Positions 47,304-60,782 of a stretch of DNA of 64,000 bases are shown here, piece by piece. Made by a program: the position numbers and the translations under genes. The notes beneath the pieces are model-generated. The model saw nothing but the letters and a program-made list of their open reading frames with translations. It made no database searches and was not told where the DNA came from. The stretch is from Stegostoma tigrinum (Eukaryota), in assembly GCF_030684315.1 (NCBI RefSeq), contig NC_081369.1, positions 23,643,754 through 23,707,753 on the forward strand, written 5' to 3'. The first letter of the stretch is position 1. Each line of letters begins with the position of its first letter.

Positions 47304-49386
47304 TGCTCAAATTCGCTAGTTGTTCAGGAGTTAAGCAGTTCAAACTTTTGCATCAAGTCCCTAGAACTTAAAACATCGAGCTGGAAAGATTCAACCGCCA
47401 TATCATTTCAATGTGTTGTATTTCGCCACAGTTAGATAATTTAACGTCTTAAGCTTTTTGAACAGTGTCCCTGAAACAGCCTGAGCTTTCCAGTAACTTT
47501 TTAAAACAATGTTTTAATACCAGCCACTTATGTTTTACTTCCAATGAATTTTTGCGATCGATTAAAAACAACAAATTGATTTATTGTCTTAAATAGATTC
47601 CTCAATACCTCAAACTTTGGGCATTGAAAGTCAAGTAAAATGTACTGCGAGATGCAGTTTTGCCAAGAAAAAAAATCACGATCATATTACAGTTTGTATA
47701 TTTATTTTTCAAAATGATAAGTTCTCCGGGCGACACAACCGTACGGGTGTTTCAGGGTAGTGGAGGGAAATTGAGGCGAAACAGGCAGATGTGCCAGCTG
47801 CTATGCTATGTCCCCCAGGTAACTACACACCTTTTGGGCAACCGGAACCTTACGTCTGAGAGCAGGGTGGGCGGGTGGGATGTGTACCCCAGCTTCAGAT
47901 CGCCTGCAGGAGCCGTTTGTTTTCACATTTCTCGAATGCTAAACATATTGCAGACATTTGCACCAGTTTTGTTAGTTCACAACCACATCTTGTATGTATC
48001 GCTTTGGCAAGTCAGGCGGGAGTCGAGTTGCTGATGGAAATAATTTAAAATCTGTTTTTTTTTCAGTATGCTAATAGGTTTCTGGTTTGGTTGGAATACT
48101 TGGAGTGGTATGTACTCCTAGAAGCAATGGGCTGCCTGGCCTCTGAGCCACTGTTTAATGCTCTAAGAGATCAGCTTAAAAGGGCATGCCCAGAGGTTCT
48201 GCGCGTTAATGTTTCTCGTACTTGGGGTATGTCATGACCAATTGTTTGGCGTCAGCCTATAAAGGGGAGTAAAAGTTTTGGAATGTCAGTAGAGTCTTGT
48301 TTCTTCCAAGTACATATATTTTTTCGGATGTTTTGTCTTTTGTTTATTGGGAACATTCGGTAACATACGATTTTGCCGCCTCTCCCGCCAGAAGTTGGAT
48401 GTCTCTGTTTCTGTGGCAGAGGAACCAACACGCAGGCTGCACAGTGTGAGTTAACAGGAAGAAAATAACCCTGCCACAATTGGGGTTTCTGATTGGTTGG
48501 AGGTGAGGACACTATCTATTTTAAAGAAAAGTTCACAGGAGTTGACGAATAAGTTTACCTTTAATCGTTCCTTTTTAGGCATTCCAAAAAGCAAGAAACG
48601 ATTGGGGTCCAGTTCTGATGTTGCAGTCCAAATAGCGAACAGTAAGTTAAATTCCCGCGAGAATGGAATGGTGCTGTAAAGTATTTGAGACTTCAGTCAC
48701 GATTCCAGGGATAGGATTTGTACTTGTTAAAGATAATATTGCATAGCGCCTTCTGAATCATAATGGCTACATGGGAATGATTAAAATAAAATGCTCCAGA
48801 CTTCGTTCTCAGTTTGAAAGGAGTTGAACCCTTAACCAAATGATAACCCTATAATCTCCGTCATGGTTATTGTAGATGTAGGACTACAATTATAATTGTA
48901 CTTCAGGGAGCTAAACCAGATAATTGAGTCAGGAGCAATGAGTATATTGCTGTAATGACTCTTTCATAATTGTAAACACTAGGCATTAGGTCCTTATAGG
49001 GTCCATGGTCTATTGTGGGTGATCGCTGGTTTTAATTTTCCACTTGTGCTTTAGATTTTCATATCTGTCAAGCTTTATGCAGATATAGTCTAAAGTTGCT
49101 TCAAATAAGTTCAAAGCCAGGGATCTTTGTGTCAGCTTATTGACAAGTTGTTTATGACTTCTTGCAAACTTCACTCACCTTCCCCAGCTTCTTCGGAGCT
49201 GAAGACACATTGTGAAAGGTTATGTACATGGACTGAAAGAATGCAAAAATCAGTGTTTGGGGTGTTGTTGAAGTCCTGGGAAGGCGGTATGATTGGCTTT
49301 AATTGCGAGGTTCCTTTGCTGCAGTTGGAAATGTCTATTGATTTGTAATTCAAAATATAAACCACATAAACAAATAGAAAATGAAA

Positions 49387-50377
49387 TCCCTCAGAGCATG
49401 AACTGCAGATGCTGGAGTCAGAGACACACAGTATGGAGCTAGAGGAACACAGCAGGCCAGGCAGCATCAGAGGAGCAGGAAAGTTGATGTTTCTGCTTGG
49501 GACCCTCCTTCAGAAATGGGGAGGGGAGCTGGGTAATAAATAGAGAGAGGAGGGGTGAGGCTGTGGAAGGTAGGTAGGATGGTGATAGATGAGTGCAGGT
49601 TATGTCAGGTCAAGGAGGTGGGGATAAAAGGGAGGTTTGGACATGGGATGAGGCGGGAGGTGGGGAGATTTTAAAACTGGTGAATTCCATGTTTAGGCCA
49701 TAGGGCTGTAGGCTCCCAAGGCAGAATATGAGGTGTTGCTCCTCCAGTTTGCAGGTGGTGTCATTGTGACACTGGAGGAGGCCAGGGATGGAGACGTCAC
49801 CCAAGGAGTGGGAGGGGGAGTTAAAATGATTGGTGACTGGAAGGTGTTGTTGTTTGTCACGTACAGAGTGCAAAAGCTCTACAAAGTGGTGGCTGAGTCT
49901 ATGCTGGTCTCACTGATGTAGAGGAAACCACATCAGGAGCAGCAGATACAGTAGACCAAGTTGACACCCTGACCACCCACAAACTGGAGGACCAACACTT
50001 CACATTCCACCTCGGGAGCCTACAGTATGTAGGCCTAAACATAGAATTCACCAGTTTTAAAATCTCCCCACTCCCAGCCTCATCCACATCCAACCTTCAT
50101 TCTCATTCCCACCTCCTTGACCTGACACAATCTGTCCATCCTTTTTGTCCCACCCCTCTGCTCCTCCCACCTCATTGACCAATCCCCACCATTCCCTACC
50201 TGCATTCACCTATTACCATCCCACCTACCTTCCCCAGTCCCACCCTCCTCTCTATTCAATTCCCAGCTCCCTTCCCGCTCCTTCCTTTCTGAAGAAGGGT
50301 CCCAACCTAAAATGTCAACTTTCCTGCTCCTTTAATGCTGCCTGGCCTGTCGTGTTCCTCCAGCTCCACACTGTGTT
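49387..50377. mobile_element. Older Neptune-type palindromic PLE with a GIY-YIG endonuclease relic
   Basis: Minus strand NLVYCICCS*CGFLYISET...PVTNHFNSPSHS...EEQHLIFCLGSLQPYGLNMEF; inversion point about 49965; 10-bp TSD GAAAATGAAA at 49377-49386 and 50378-50387. Confidence 0.85.
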
Positions 50378-50454
50378 GAAAATGAAAGCTGTGCTTTGTT
50401 GACCTACAAGTTTAGAAATTTCTGAATATATTCAGAAATCAGACTATCCAGTCA

Positions 50455-50870
50455 GTGTCAGTCTTGGCACTGTTGTGACACTCTTACCTAGGGATCAAAA
50501 GGTCTTTGGTTCCAGCTCTAGTCTAGAATGTTTGATCATATAATCTAAGCCTGGCACTCAGTGTATTATTGAGGGGTAATGCAGTTGAATGACACATTAA
50601 ACTGAGGCCTACCAGTCTTTTCAGATGTATGCAAAGACCATACAACATTCTTTGAAGAATATCAACTGAGTTCTTGCAATGTGCTAGCCAACATTCAGCA
50701 CATAAAATAGTTGGTCCAGTTATCTAGTTGCTAGCTGCAGGAGTTTTCTGTGCACACATTGGCTACCATGCTTCTGTCATTGCAAAAATTAACACATTAG
50801 AAAAAAGACTGTATAACACTTTAATACTAAGGTTGTGAAAGGTGCTAGATAATTGTAAGTTGTTTCTTTC
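50455..50870 (+). mobile_element. Deu-domain SINE (SacSINE1/AmnSINE1-related)
   Basis: Degenerate Deu core GACACATTAAACTGAGGCC...TCAGATGTATGCAAAGACC...TTTGAAGAA...TGTGCTAGCCAACATT; tail GGTTGTGAAAGGTGCTAGATAATTGTAAGT. Confidence 0.65.
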
Positions 50871-51510
50871 TGGTCAAACCAACAGGTGGCCCTCATGCAC
50901 ACACACATGGTAATGGTGAAAATATGCAGTACAGTTCTTTATAAGTATCGAACATAGCAAGGTAAGTGATCTTGTAAGTCACTGTACTTGTACTTATCCT
51001 TTAGCATCCTGAAGGATATAGCAAAAAAAACTCAATTGTAAACAATGGGGCATCATAAATACCTACCTATAAATCTCCCAAAACAGAATTTCACAGTGTT
51101 CAATTGGAAAGAGCCATTCATTCGATAATTAATATTTTCCCTTGGATTCAAGTTATGTGATCAAATTTTGGTGTTTGTTTGGTTAGCAGCAGTATCCCAT
51201 TGAGTAGTATTGCACATGTGGAAGCTCCAATGAATGAGATTGAAAATTGATGAGACTTTCACTGAAACATTTGTCAGTAAATAAATATTCAACAGGCTTT
51301 TGATTGGCATTGTTGTTTTCTATGTTAACGTAAAGTGAGATTTTGTTTTGTCTAATAGGTGTAAGCCACTTTCCCAAGCCACCAAATGCTGGTGAGATTT
51401 CAGTTGTGGTCCAGAGGTGCAAATGTTATGTCTTTAGCAAGCTTGTGCTGACTCAGTAAAGGCTGATATGGTTGTGAGGAAATACAGTGTCATCCATTGA
51501 ACAATTGAAC

Positions 51511-52512
51511 AGTTACCAGTGGTGTGTCTCAAGGATCTGTTTTGGGGCCACTGCTGTGTGTCATTTTTATAAATGACTTGGACGCAGGCATTGGTGGATG
51601 GGTTAGTAAGTTTGCAGATGACACTAAAGTCGGTGGAGTGGTGGACAGTGTGGAAGAATATTGCAAGGTTGCAGGGAGACTTGGATGAACTGCAGAATTG
51701 GGCTGAAAGGTGGCAAATGGAGTTTAATATGGATAAATGTGAGGTGATTCACTTTGGGAGGAATAATAAGAAGGCAGAATACCGGGTCAATGGAAAGATT
51801 CTTGGTAGTGTCGACGTGCAGAGGGATCTTGGTGTCCATGTACATAGATCCCTGAAAGTTGCCACCCAGGTTGATAGTGCTGTTAAGAAGGCTTATGGTG
51901 TGTTAGGTTTTCTTGGTAGAGGGATTGCGTTCCGGAGCCGTGATGTCATGCTGCAACTGTACAAAATGCTAGTGCAGCCTCATTTGGAATATTGCGTGCA
52001 GTTCTGGTCGCCCCATTACGGGAAGGATGTGGAAGCATTGGAAAAAGGCGCAGAGAAGATTTACCAGGATGTTGCCTGGTCTGGAGCGCAGGCCCTATGA
52101 AGAAAGGCTGAGGGACTTGGGTCTGTTCTCAATGGAGAGAAGGAGGCTAAGAGGGGATTTAATAGAGACATACAAGATGATCAGAGGATTAGATAGGGTG
52201 GACAGTGAGAGTCTTTTTCCAAAGATGATGACTTCAGCTTGTACAAGGGGGCATAGCTGCAAATTGAGGGGTGATAGATTTAAGACAGATGTCAGAGGCA
52301 GGTTCTTTACTCAGAGAGTGGTAAGGGCGTGGAACGCCCTGCTTGCCAATGTAGTTAACTCAGCCACATTACAGGCATTTAAACAGTCCTTGGATAAGCA
52401 TATGGATAATGATGGGATAGTGTAGGGGGAGGGGCTTAGATTAGTTCACAGGTTGACACAACATCGAGGGCCGAAGGGCCTGTTCTGCGCTGCATTGTTC
52501 TATGTTCTATGT
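51511..52512 (+). mobile_element. 5'-truncated CR1 LINE, frameshifted
   Basis: [39 protein letters not shown]; (TTCTATG)n tail. Confidence 0.93.
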
Positions 52513-54549
52513 GGATGAAATGGCACAATGATTTATAAGACAAAAAATTAACAAAATCAGTGAGTACATAGTGTGCAGTATACTCTGCAATTAACATTTT
52601 TACCCTGGTCTGTCATGTTGAATTCCATTGTTAAAAGTGTTCCGGAAATTGTATCATTATAACATAGCTGCTCCTTGATATATAATGCTAATATTTTCAT
52701 ACTCATATCAACATAATTTATGTATGTTCCTTCAATTAACTTAGCACGACTGATGACAGAATTAATAAAGTGCTGCACATTTATAGGGGAGTCTCATAGT
52801 GCTCTAAAATTAGTACATTGTAAAATGTTTTAGATGGTCATGATTATATCCTCATAGCCTTTTTATTCTGGCAGCTTCACACTAGCAGCTGACCAGCCAC
52901 AAATATGAGGTTTATTTAATCACACTGGCATTCAAACATGTTATTGTTTGGATTGTCATATTGCTGTAGAAAACAGTTCGAAGTTGCTTCACAAACAATA
53001 CATCCCATCCAGGCCTTCCCAAACATGAGGTGCAAGATGACAGTATACGTTTCATGTGTGTGGATACAATGTCAACAAGATCTGCTATTCAGATTTCTGT
53101 CTTACTAATATCTATGGTGGAGTGAAGTTTCTACCTTTTCTGACATTACAATGCTTGTTTGCTGTTACAATGTTCTTTTATTTGTATAAAGACATCCCAC
53201 ACATCATGTACATAGCAACCCAGCTTTGAGTTCTTTAAACAAAAACCAGACACATCATCTGATAACATGGCAATGACTAGAAGGCTTTCTAAACACAATA
53301 TGAAAAATGCATCAAAATTCTATATGCCTTACAAGTTAAATAGGCCAAAAAGTAACAATTCAGTAGGTTAAGGAGTTACTCTAGTTTTGAGCATTCCTCT
53401 CAATAATTCATGGTTAACTTCATGGTTTGTCAGTTAAGAATAACATCACAGTGATCAAGAAATGGCAATATGGCTCAACCAGCTTGTTTTGAATAATCAG
53501 AAGTATCAAGTTACTGCTCACTCTCAGTGTAAATTCAATACGCTTGTTGTACCCTTTGTGGAATATATAAAGTACATTGCACCCGCAGGCAAAGGCATGT
53601 GCTTTAAATACAATAGGACAGCATAAGGCCTGACTTTTCTATTCAAGACAATCAAGATTGAATTGCATCATTTATTATCATAGAAGCTGTTCAAAGATGT
53701 AAGACATGGCACAACTTATTCCATTTAATTTACTGTGCATTAATAAGTAGAAAAGTCTGTACTTGTACTAATTCCACACTTTATTGTTTAAAATTATTCC
53801 TAAAAGCAAAGTTTCTCACTTATACAGAAAACCTTTTGGGCTCTATTGAGGGCTGGTCAGATTTATCACGTGATTAAATGAACTAAAAAAAAGATTTGTG
53901 GTTTATCTGACCTGGCAGCATTAGCAGTCCTAAAAACTGTTGGTTGATTTCAAAGTACTTAATCCACAAATTGCTGAAATTGAATGCATGTGAATGGTGG
54001 ATGAGGAAGAAATGAGACCAGACTAGACTACAATGATGCCATGATCCTATGCAATGTTCCCTGTAAATTGTACAGTCATGCAGCTGTGTAGCAACCTCAA
54101 AATCCTTGCACAGGCCACACAAAAGTCAGTCCTTTTAAGTTTTCTCATATACTCAAGCAGGCAAAACAAATTGAAAAGATTCCTCTACCTGAACAAATCG
54201 ACAAAGGCATGAAAAACGGACAAGACATGACAGGGAATATCTAGGAAAATACTACAGACAAACTTGTGCTGAAAGAACCATATAGAACCATAGTGAAAAG
54301 TGACAAGTGGATAACTTGGAAGAGTTGGAGTGGGAGAAAGTTAGTTAGAAAAATAAATACAGAAAAGTGGTTTCATAACACCATTATGACCCTATGATCT
54401 GAATGCACAATTGCCATGACAGAGTGCCAACATAGCTGATCACTAAATATTTGAAGACTAAAGCCATTGTGTTTTGTTTCCATCATTAAATTCATTTTTT
54501 TTGCCAATGATTGCACCCTTTCGCTGGAAGCTAAAGCTGAAACTAACCA

Positions 54550-54930
54550 TTTGCAGTCTTGGTGCCTTATTTGACCCTGAGATGAGCAACAACTGATTAC
54601 AACTGCCTGTTTCCACCTCTGTAACATTTCCTTTTGTCAGCCCAGCTCACCACATTTGCTGCTGAGGCTCTCATCCATGACTCTGTCACCTCTAGACTTG
54701 AGTAATCCAAAGTATTTGTGGCCTCCCGCATTCTCACCTCTATAAATTTGAAGTTATCCAAAATTCCGGGCTGGCCTTGTCTTAACTTATATCAATTACA
54801 ATTAAGCCATCACTATTGTAATGCTGGTCTATATTAGCCTACTGTTAAGCACTATCTAAACTTTAAACATTCTTATAAATATTTTCAATTTCCTCTATGG
54901 ACTCAATTTACCCGATCCCTATATCTCCTG
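54550..54930 (+). mobile_element. L2 LINE relic
   Basis: LGALFDPEMS...FHL.NI...AEALIHDSVTSRLE: typical L2 C-terminal RT motifs. Confidence 0.6.
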
Positions 54931-55480
54931 TAGCAATAAAGTAATGATCAGGAACTCACTGTCTTTGAGAGTGGTGAAACCAAACACAATAAATGCCTTC
55001 AAAAGGAAATTGGATGGGTAATTACAAGGTTACATGCAGGGGTACAAATTTGGAATGGGGAACAGAGGTTCTGTGCACACTGAGAGCTGGCTCTGAAGAA
55101 GCCAGACCAGTATCAAATACTATGCACATGTAAATAAAGGGTGACTTATTCATGGAATACAGGCCTCTGTGGAGTTATTTCTGCGGCAACGAGAGAAAGG
55201 AATTCATTCCTGAAGAAATTTGCATGCCACAGGCCTCTCTGAGTTGGGGTAAGCATTTCTGACATCATGATTTAGGAAGCTTGACTTATTTGATCCTGCC
55301 TTTGAAGACTAGGCCCAATGTGTGTAAAGAATGGATTACTTTTTCTGGGAAAATGTCATTGGGGCAGATGAAAAGTAATGAGTGCCTCTCCTGAAGGCTT
55401 GTGAATCTGCAGCTTTTTCGGTTATTAGGAACCTGATATTTATTGAGACAACAAATTCTAAAAGCTTTCAAGCGTTGACA

Positions 55481-58400
55481 TAAAGAAACAAACAAAGAAA
55501 CAAAGAAACCTACAGCACAGGAACAGGCCCTTCGGCCCTCCAAGCCTGCGCCGATCAAGATCCACTGTCTAACCTGTCATCTATTTTTTAACGGTCTGTG
55601 TCCATTTGCTCCCTGCCCATCCATGTACCTGTCCAAATATATCTTAAAAGACGCTAACGTGTCTGCGTCTACCACCTCCGCTGGCAACGTGTTCCAGGCG
55701 CCCACCACCCTCTGTGTAAAGAACTTTCCACACATATCTCCCTTAAACTTTCCCCCTCTCACTTTGAACTCATCACCCCTAGTAATTGAGTCCCCCACCC
55801 TGGGAAAAAGCTTTTTGCTATCCACCCTGTCTATACCCCTCATGATTTTGTAGACCTCAATCAGGTCCCCCCTCAATCTCCGTCTTTCTAATGAAAATAA
55901 TCCTAATCTTTTCAACCTCTCTTCATAGGTAGCACCCTCCATACCAGGCAACATCCTGGTGAACCTCCTCTGCACCCTCTCCAAAGCATCCACATCCTTT
56001 TGGTAATGTGGTGACCAGAACTGTACACAGTACTCCAAATGTGGCCAAACCAAAGTCCTATACATCTGCAACATGACCTGCCAACTCTTGTACTCAATAT
56101 CCCGCCCAATGAAGGAAAGCATGCCAAATGTCTTCTTGACCACCCTATTGACCAGCGTTGTCACCTTCAGGGAACAATGGACCTGAACACCCAGATCTCT
56201 CTGTTCATCAATTTTCCTTAGGACTTTTCCATTTACTGTATAGTTTGCCCTTGAATTTGATCTTCCTAAATGCATCACCTCACATTTGCCCGGATTGAAC
56301 TCCATCTGCCATTTATCTGCCCAACTCTCCAGTCTATCTATATTCTGCTGTAATTTCTGACAGTCCCCTTCACTATCAGCTACTCCACCAATCTCAGTGT
56401 CATCAGCAAACTTGCTGATCAGACCACCTACACCTTCCTCCAGATCATTTACATATATCACAAACAACAGTGGTCCCAGCACAGATCCCTGTGGAACACC
56501 ACTGGTTACAGGTCTCCAATTTGAGAAACTCCCTTCTACTACTACCCTCTGTCTCCTGTTGCCCAGCCAGTTTTTTTATCCATCTAGCTAGCACACCCTG
56601 GTCCCCATGTGACTTCACTTTCTCCATCAGCCTGCCATGGGGAACCTTATCAAACGCCTTACTGAAGTCCATGTATATGACATCTACAGCCTTTCCCTCA
56701 TCAATCAACTTTGTCACGTCCTCAAAGAAGTCTATTAAGTTGGTAAGACGTGACTTTCCCTGTACAAAACCATGTTGCCTATCACTGATAAGCCCATTTT
56801 CTTCCAAATGGGAATAGATCCTATCCCTCAGTATCTTCTCCAGTAGCTTCCCTGCCACTGACGTCAGGCTCACCAGTCGATAATTATCTGGATTATCCTT
56901 GCTGCCCTTTTTTAAACAAGGGGACAACATTAGCAAGTCTCCAGTCTTCTGGGACCTCACCCGTGTCTAAGGACACTGCAAAGATATCTGTTAGGGCCCA
57001 GGCTATTTCCTCTCTCGTTTCCCTCAGTAACCTGGGATAGATCCCATCCGGACCTGGGGACTTGTCCACCTTAATGTCTTTTAGGATACCTAACACTTCC
57101 TCCTTCCTTATGTCAACTTGACCTAGACTAAGCAAACATCTATCCCTAACCTCAACATCCGTCATGTCCCTCTCCTTGGTGAATACCGATGCAAAGTGCT
57201 CGTTAAGAATGTCACCCATTTTCTCTGACTCAGCGCATAACTTTCCTTCTTTGTCCTTAAGTGGATCAATCCTTTCTCTAGTTACCCTCTTGCTCTTTAT
57301 ACATGAATAAAAGGCTTTGGGATTTTCCTTAACAATGTTTGCCAGCAATATCTCATGTCCTCTCTTAGCCCTCTTAATCCCTTTTTTCAGATTCGCTCTA
57401 CATTCCCGATATTCTTGCAAAGCTTTGTCTGTCTTCAGTCACCTAGACCTCATGTATGCTTCCTTTTTTCTCTTGGCTGGTCTCACAATTTCACCTGTCA
57501 TCCATGGCTCCCTAATCTTGCCTTTTCTATTCCTCATTTTCACAGGAACATGTCTCTCCTGCACGCTAATCAACCTCTCCTTAAAAGCCTCCCACATATC
57601 AAATGTGGATTTACCTTCAAACAGTTTCTCCCAATCTACATTCCTCAGATCCTGCCGAATCTTGGTATAGTCGGCCTTCCCCCAGTTTAGTACTCTTCCT
57701 TTAGGACCACTCCTATCCTTATCCATGAGTATTGTAAAACTTACGGAATTGTGGTTGCTATTTCCAAAATAGTCCCCTACTGTAATATCAACCACCTGGC
57801 CGGGTTCATCCCCCAGCACCAGGTCCAGTATGGCCCTTTCCTGAGTTGGACTACATACGTACTGCTCTAGAAAACCCTCCTGGACACACCTTACAAATTC
57901 TGCTCCGTCTTGACCCCTAACACTGAGTGAATCCCAGACAACATTGGGAAAATTAAAATCTCCCGTCACCACCACCCTGTTTCTCCTACACCTTTCCATT
58001 ATCTGTTTACATATTTGTACCTCTATCTCACGCTCGCTGTTGGGAGGCCTGTAGTACAGCCACAGCATTGTTACTGCATCCTTCCTATTTCTGAGTTCTA
58101 ATCATATTGCCTCACTGCTTGAGTCCTCCATGGGGCCCTTCTTCAGTGCGGCTGTGATATCGTCTTTGACCATTACTGCAACTCCCTCACCCCTTTTACC
58201 TCCCTCTCTATCCCGCCTGAAGCATCGATATCCTGGGACAACTAGTTGCCAGCCATGCCCTTCCCTCAACCAAGTCTCAGTAATAGCAATAACATCATAC
58301 CTCCAGGTACCGATCCAAGCCCTAAGCTCATCTGCCTTATCTACTACACTTCTCGCATTAAAACAAATGCACCTCAGACCACCTGTCCCTTTGTGTTCAT

Positions 58401-59377
58401 CATCTGCTCCCTGACTACTATTCCCTTTAGTCACACGGACTCCATTATCTAGTTCCCTACAGGCTTTCATTTCTACCTCTTTTCTGTCCAATATTTGGTT
58501 CCCATCCCCCTGCACATTAGTTTAAACCCTCCCCCACAGCATTAGCAAAAGCACCCCCAAGGACATTGGTTCCAGTCCGGTTCAGGTGTAGACCGTCCAA
58601 TTTGTAATAGTCCCACCTTCCCCAGAACCGGTTCCAATGTCCCAAAAATTTGAACCCCTCCCTCCTACACCATCTCTCAAGCCATGCATTCTTCCTAGCT
58701 ATTCTTTCATTTCTGCATTGACTAGCATGTGGCACTGGTAGCAATCCTGAGATTACTACCTTTGAGCTCCTACTTTTTAACTTGGCTCCTAACTCCCTAA
58801 ATTCTGCTTGTAGGACCTCATCCCGTTTTCTGCCTATATTGTTGGTGCCTATATGCACTACGACAACTGGCTGTTTGCCCTCCCCCTTCAGAATGTTCTG
58901 CAGCCGATCGGAGACATCCCTGACCCGTGCGCCTGGGAGGCAACATACCATTCAGGAGTCCCGTTTTCAACCGCAGAACCGCTATCTATGCCCCTTACAA
59001 TTGAATCCCCAATGACTATCGCCCTTCCACTCTTTTTCCCGCCCTTCTGTACAGCAGAGCCAGCCATGGCGCCATGAACCTGGCTAATGCTGCCTTCCTC
59101 TGGTGAGCCATCTCCCCCAACAGTATTCAAAACAGAATAGCTGCTTTGGAGGGAGATGACTGCCAGGGACTCCTGCACTGCCTTCCTGCTCTTCCTCTGC
59201 GTTTTGGTCACCCATTCGCTATCTCCCTCAGCAATCCTAATCTTCGGTGTGACCAAATTGCTAAATGTGCTATCCACGACCCCCTCAGCATCATGTATGC
59301 TCCAAAATGAGTCCATCCGCAGCTCCAGAGCTGTCATGCGGTCTAACAAGAGCTGCAGCTGGACACACTTCCTGCAC
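55481..59377 (-). mobile_element. Near full-length CR1 LINE (ORF1 with SGNH esterase; ORF2 APE endonuclease plus RT), multiply frameshifted
   Basis: ORF1: IVIGDSIVRG, CLPGAR, VVHIGTNN, DGLHLN. ORF2: CFNARS, AITETWL, YYRPP, GDFNFP, LDLV, KSPGPDG, DFSKAFD, KFADD. (TTTCTTTG)n tail at 55481-55509. Splits the Gypsy gag. Confidence 0.95.
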
Positions 59378-60053
59378 TTAGTTAAGGAATATTATGACCA
59401 AAGCCTCATCTAATTCTGTGATTCTATCGCTTTTACTCAGCAGTTCGAGAACCAGAAGCATCCATGCTGGGATTTTTGTCAAGGTTAAGACGATTGGCAG
59501 AGGCATGTAACTTTGGTTTATCCCTCAATGAGACGCTGAGAGACTGTTTGGTATGTGGGGTTAATGAAGTAAACATGTGCAACTCTTTACTAACTGAAGC
59601 CCAACGGGAATTCAAACAGGTAGTACTACTGGTTTTGTCATTAGAAAATGCAGTAAATTAAACAAATGATTTAGAGGGTGTGCTGATGGAAGTGGACACA
59701 CTCCAGTCCTACTGACCCTGGGGAACACCAGTTCAGTGAAGGTAATTGCGTAGCCTCATCAAGTGCATATTCTGCACAGAGGAACTCTAGGTCAGCCCAC
59801 AGCAAAACCCCAAAACAAAGCCAAGCCTTGACCAAATGGCTAACATTTTTTTCGGGATCCAGGCCATTGTAGTTGCTGCCGGTGTGCTGATTCGAGGCAA
59901 CAAAAGAGTCCGACCAGGCCTGAATTGAGTGTGAGAACTCATAGGTTGGTACCCAGGAGAGTGCACACCCTAGAAGGTACACTAACATTGGGCTTGGTTA
60001 CATTTACAGTTACATTTTTGGCAACATCCAAATCAGAGTCAATTAAAATAAAT

Positions 60054-60288
60054 TGTTAATTGGTAGTAGGAACTGCCAGTGCTAGAGAATTTGAGATAAC
60101 AAGGTGAAGTGCTGGATGAGCACAGCAGGCCGAGCAGCATCAGAGGAGCAGGAAAGCTGTTGTTTCGGGTCTAGACCCTTCTTCAGAAATCAGAAATGTT
60201 TTCTGAAGAAGGGTCTAGACGCAAAACGTCAGCTTTCCTGCTCCTCTGATGCTGCTTGGCCTGATGTGTTCATCCAGCTCTACACCTT
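60054..60288. mobile_element. 235-bp palindromic PLE derivative made of two hammerhead-bearing terminal arms only
   Basis: 60101-60189 reverse-complements 60200-60288; 14-bp TSD CAAT(T/C)AAAATAAAT at 60040-60053 and 60289-60302. Confidence 0.85.
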
Positions 60289-60583
60289 CAATCAAAATAA
60301 ATGTCTGGTTAAATGGTCACCCCGTTCTCGTGGAGTTCATTGCCAGTGCAGCTGTTTCAGTGATTACAGAACCAATCGTTAACAAAATTTGCTCTGGATT
60401 CCAGCCCTTAAGTTTGCAGAGGACCTTGGCTATACTGAGAGCCTATACTGGGGTGCCCCGACAGATAAGGGGTAAAGCTTTGGTTTCAGTCTTGTATGAG
60501 AAGCAGCTGGCTCATTTACCCCTGATGGCAGTGAAAGGCTCAGGGCCAAGCCTGATAGGGCGAAATTACCTAAGAAAGATTCA

Positions 60584-60782
60584 GGGATAGCAAGAACTAC
60601 AAATGCTGGAGTCAGAGTCAATACAGTGTGGAGCTGGAGGAACACAGCAGGTCAGGCAGCATCAGAGGAGCAGAAGAGTCAATGTTTTGGGCCAGGACTC
60701 TTCATCAATCCCAAAATGTCAATCCTCCTGCTCCTCTGATGCTGTCTGACCTGTTGTGTTCCCCCAGCTCCACACTGTATTG
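60584..60782. mobile_element. 199-bp palindromic PLE derivative
   Basis: About 60619-60691 reverse-complements 60710-60782; 11-bp TSD AGAAAGATTCA at 60573-60583 and 60783-60793. Confidence 0.85.
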
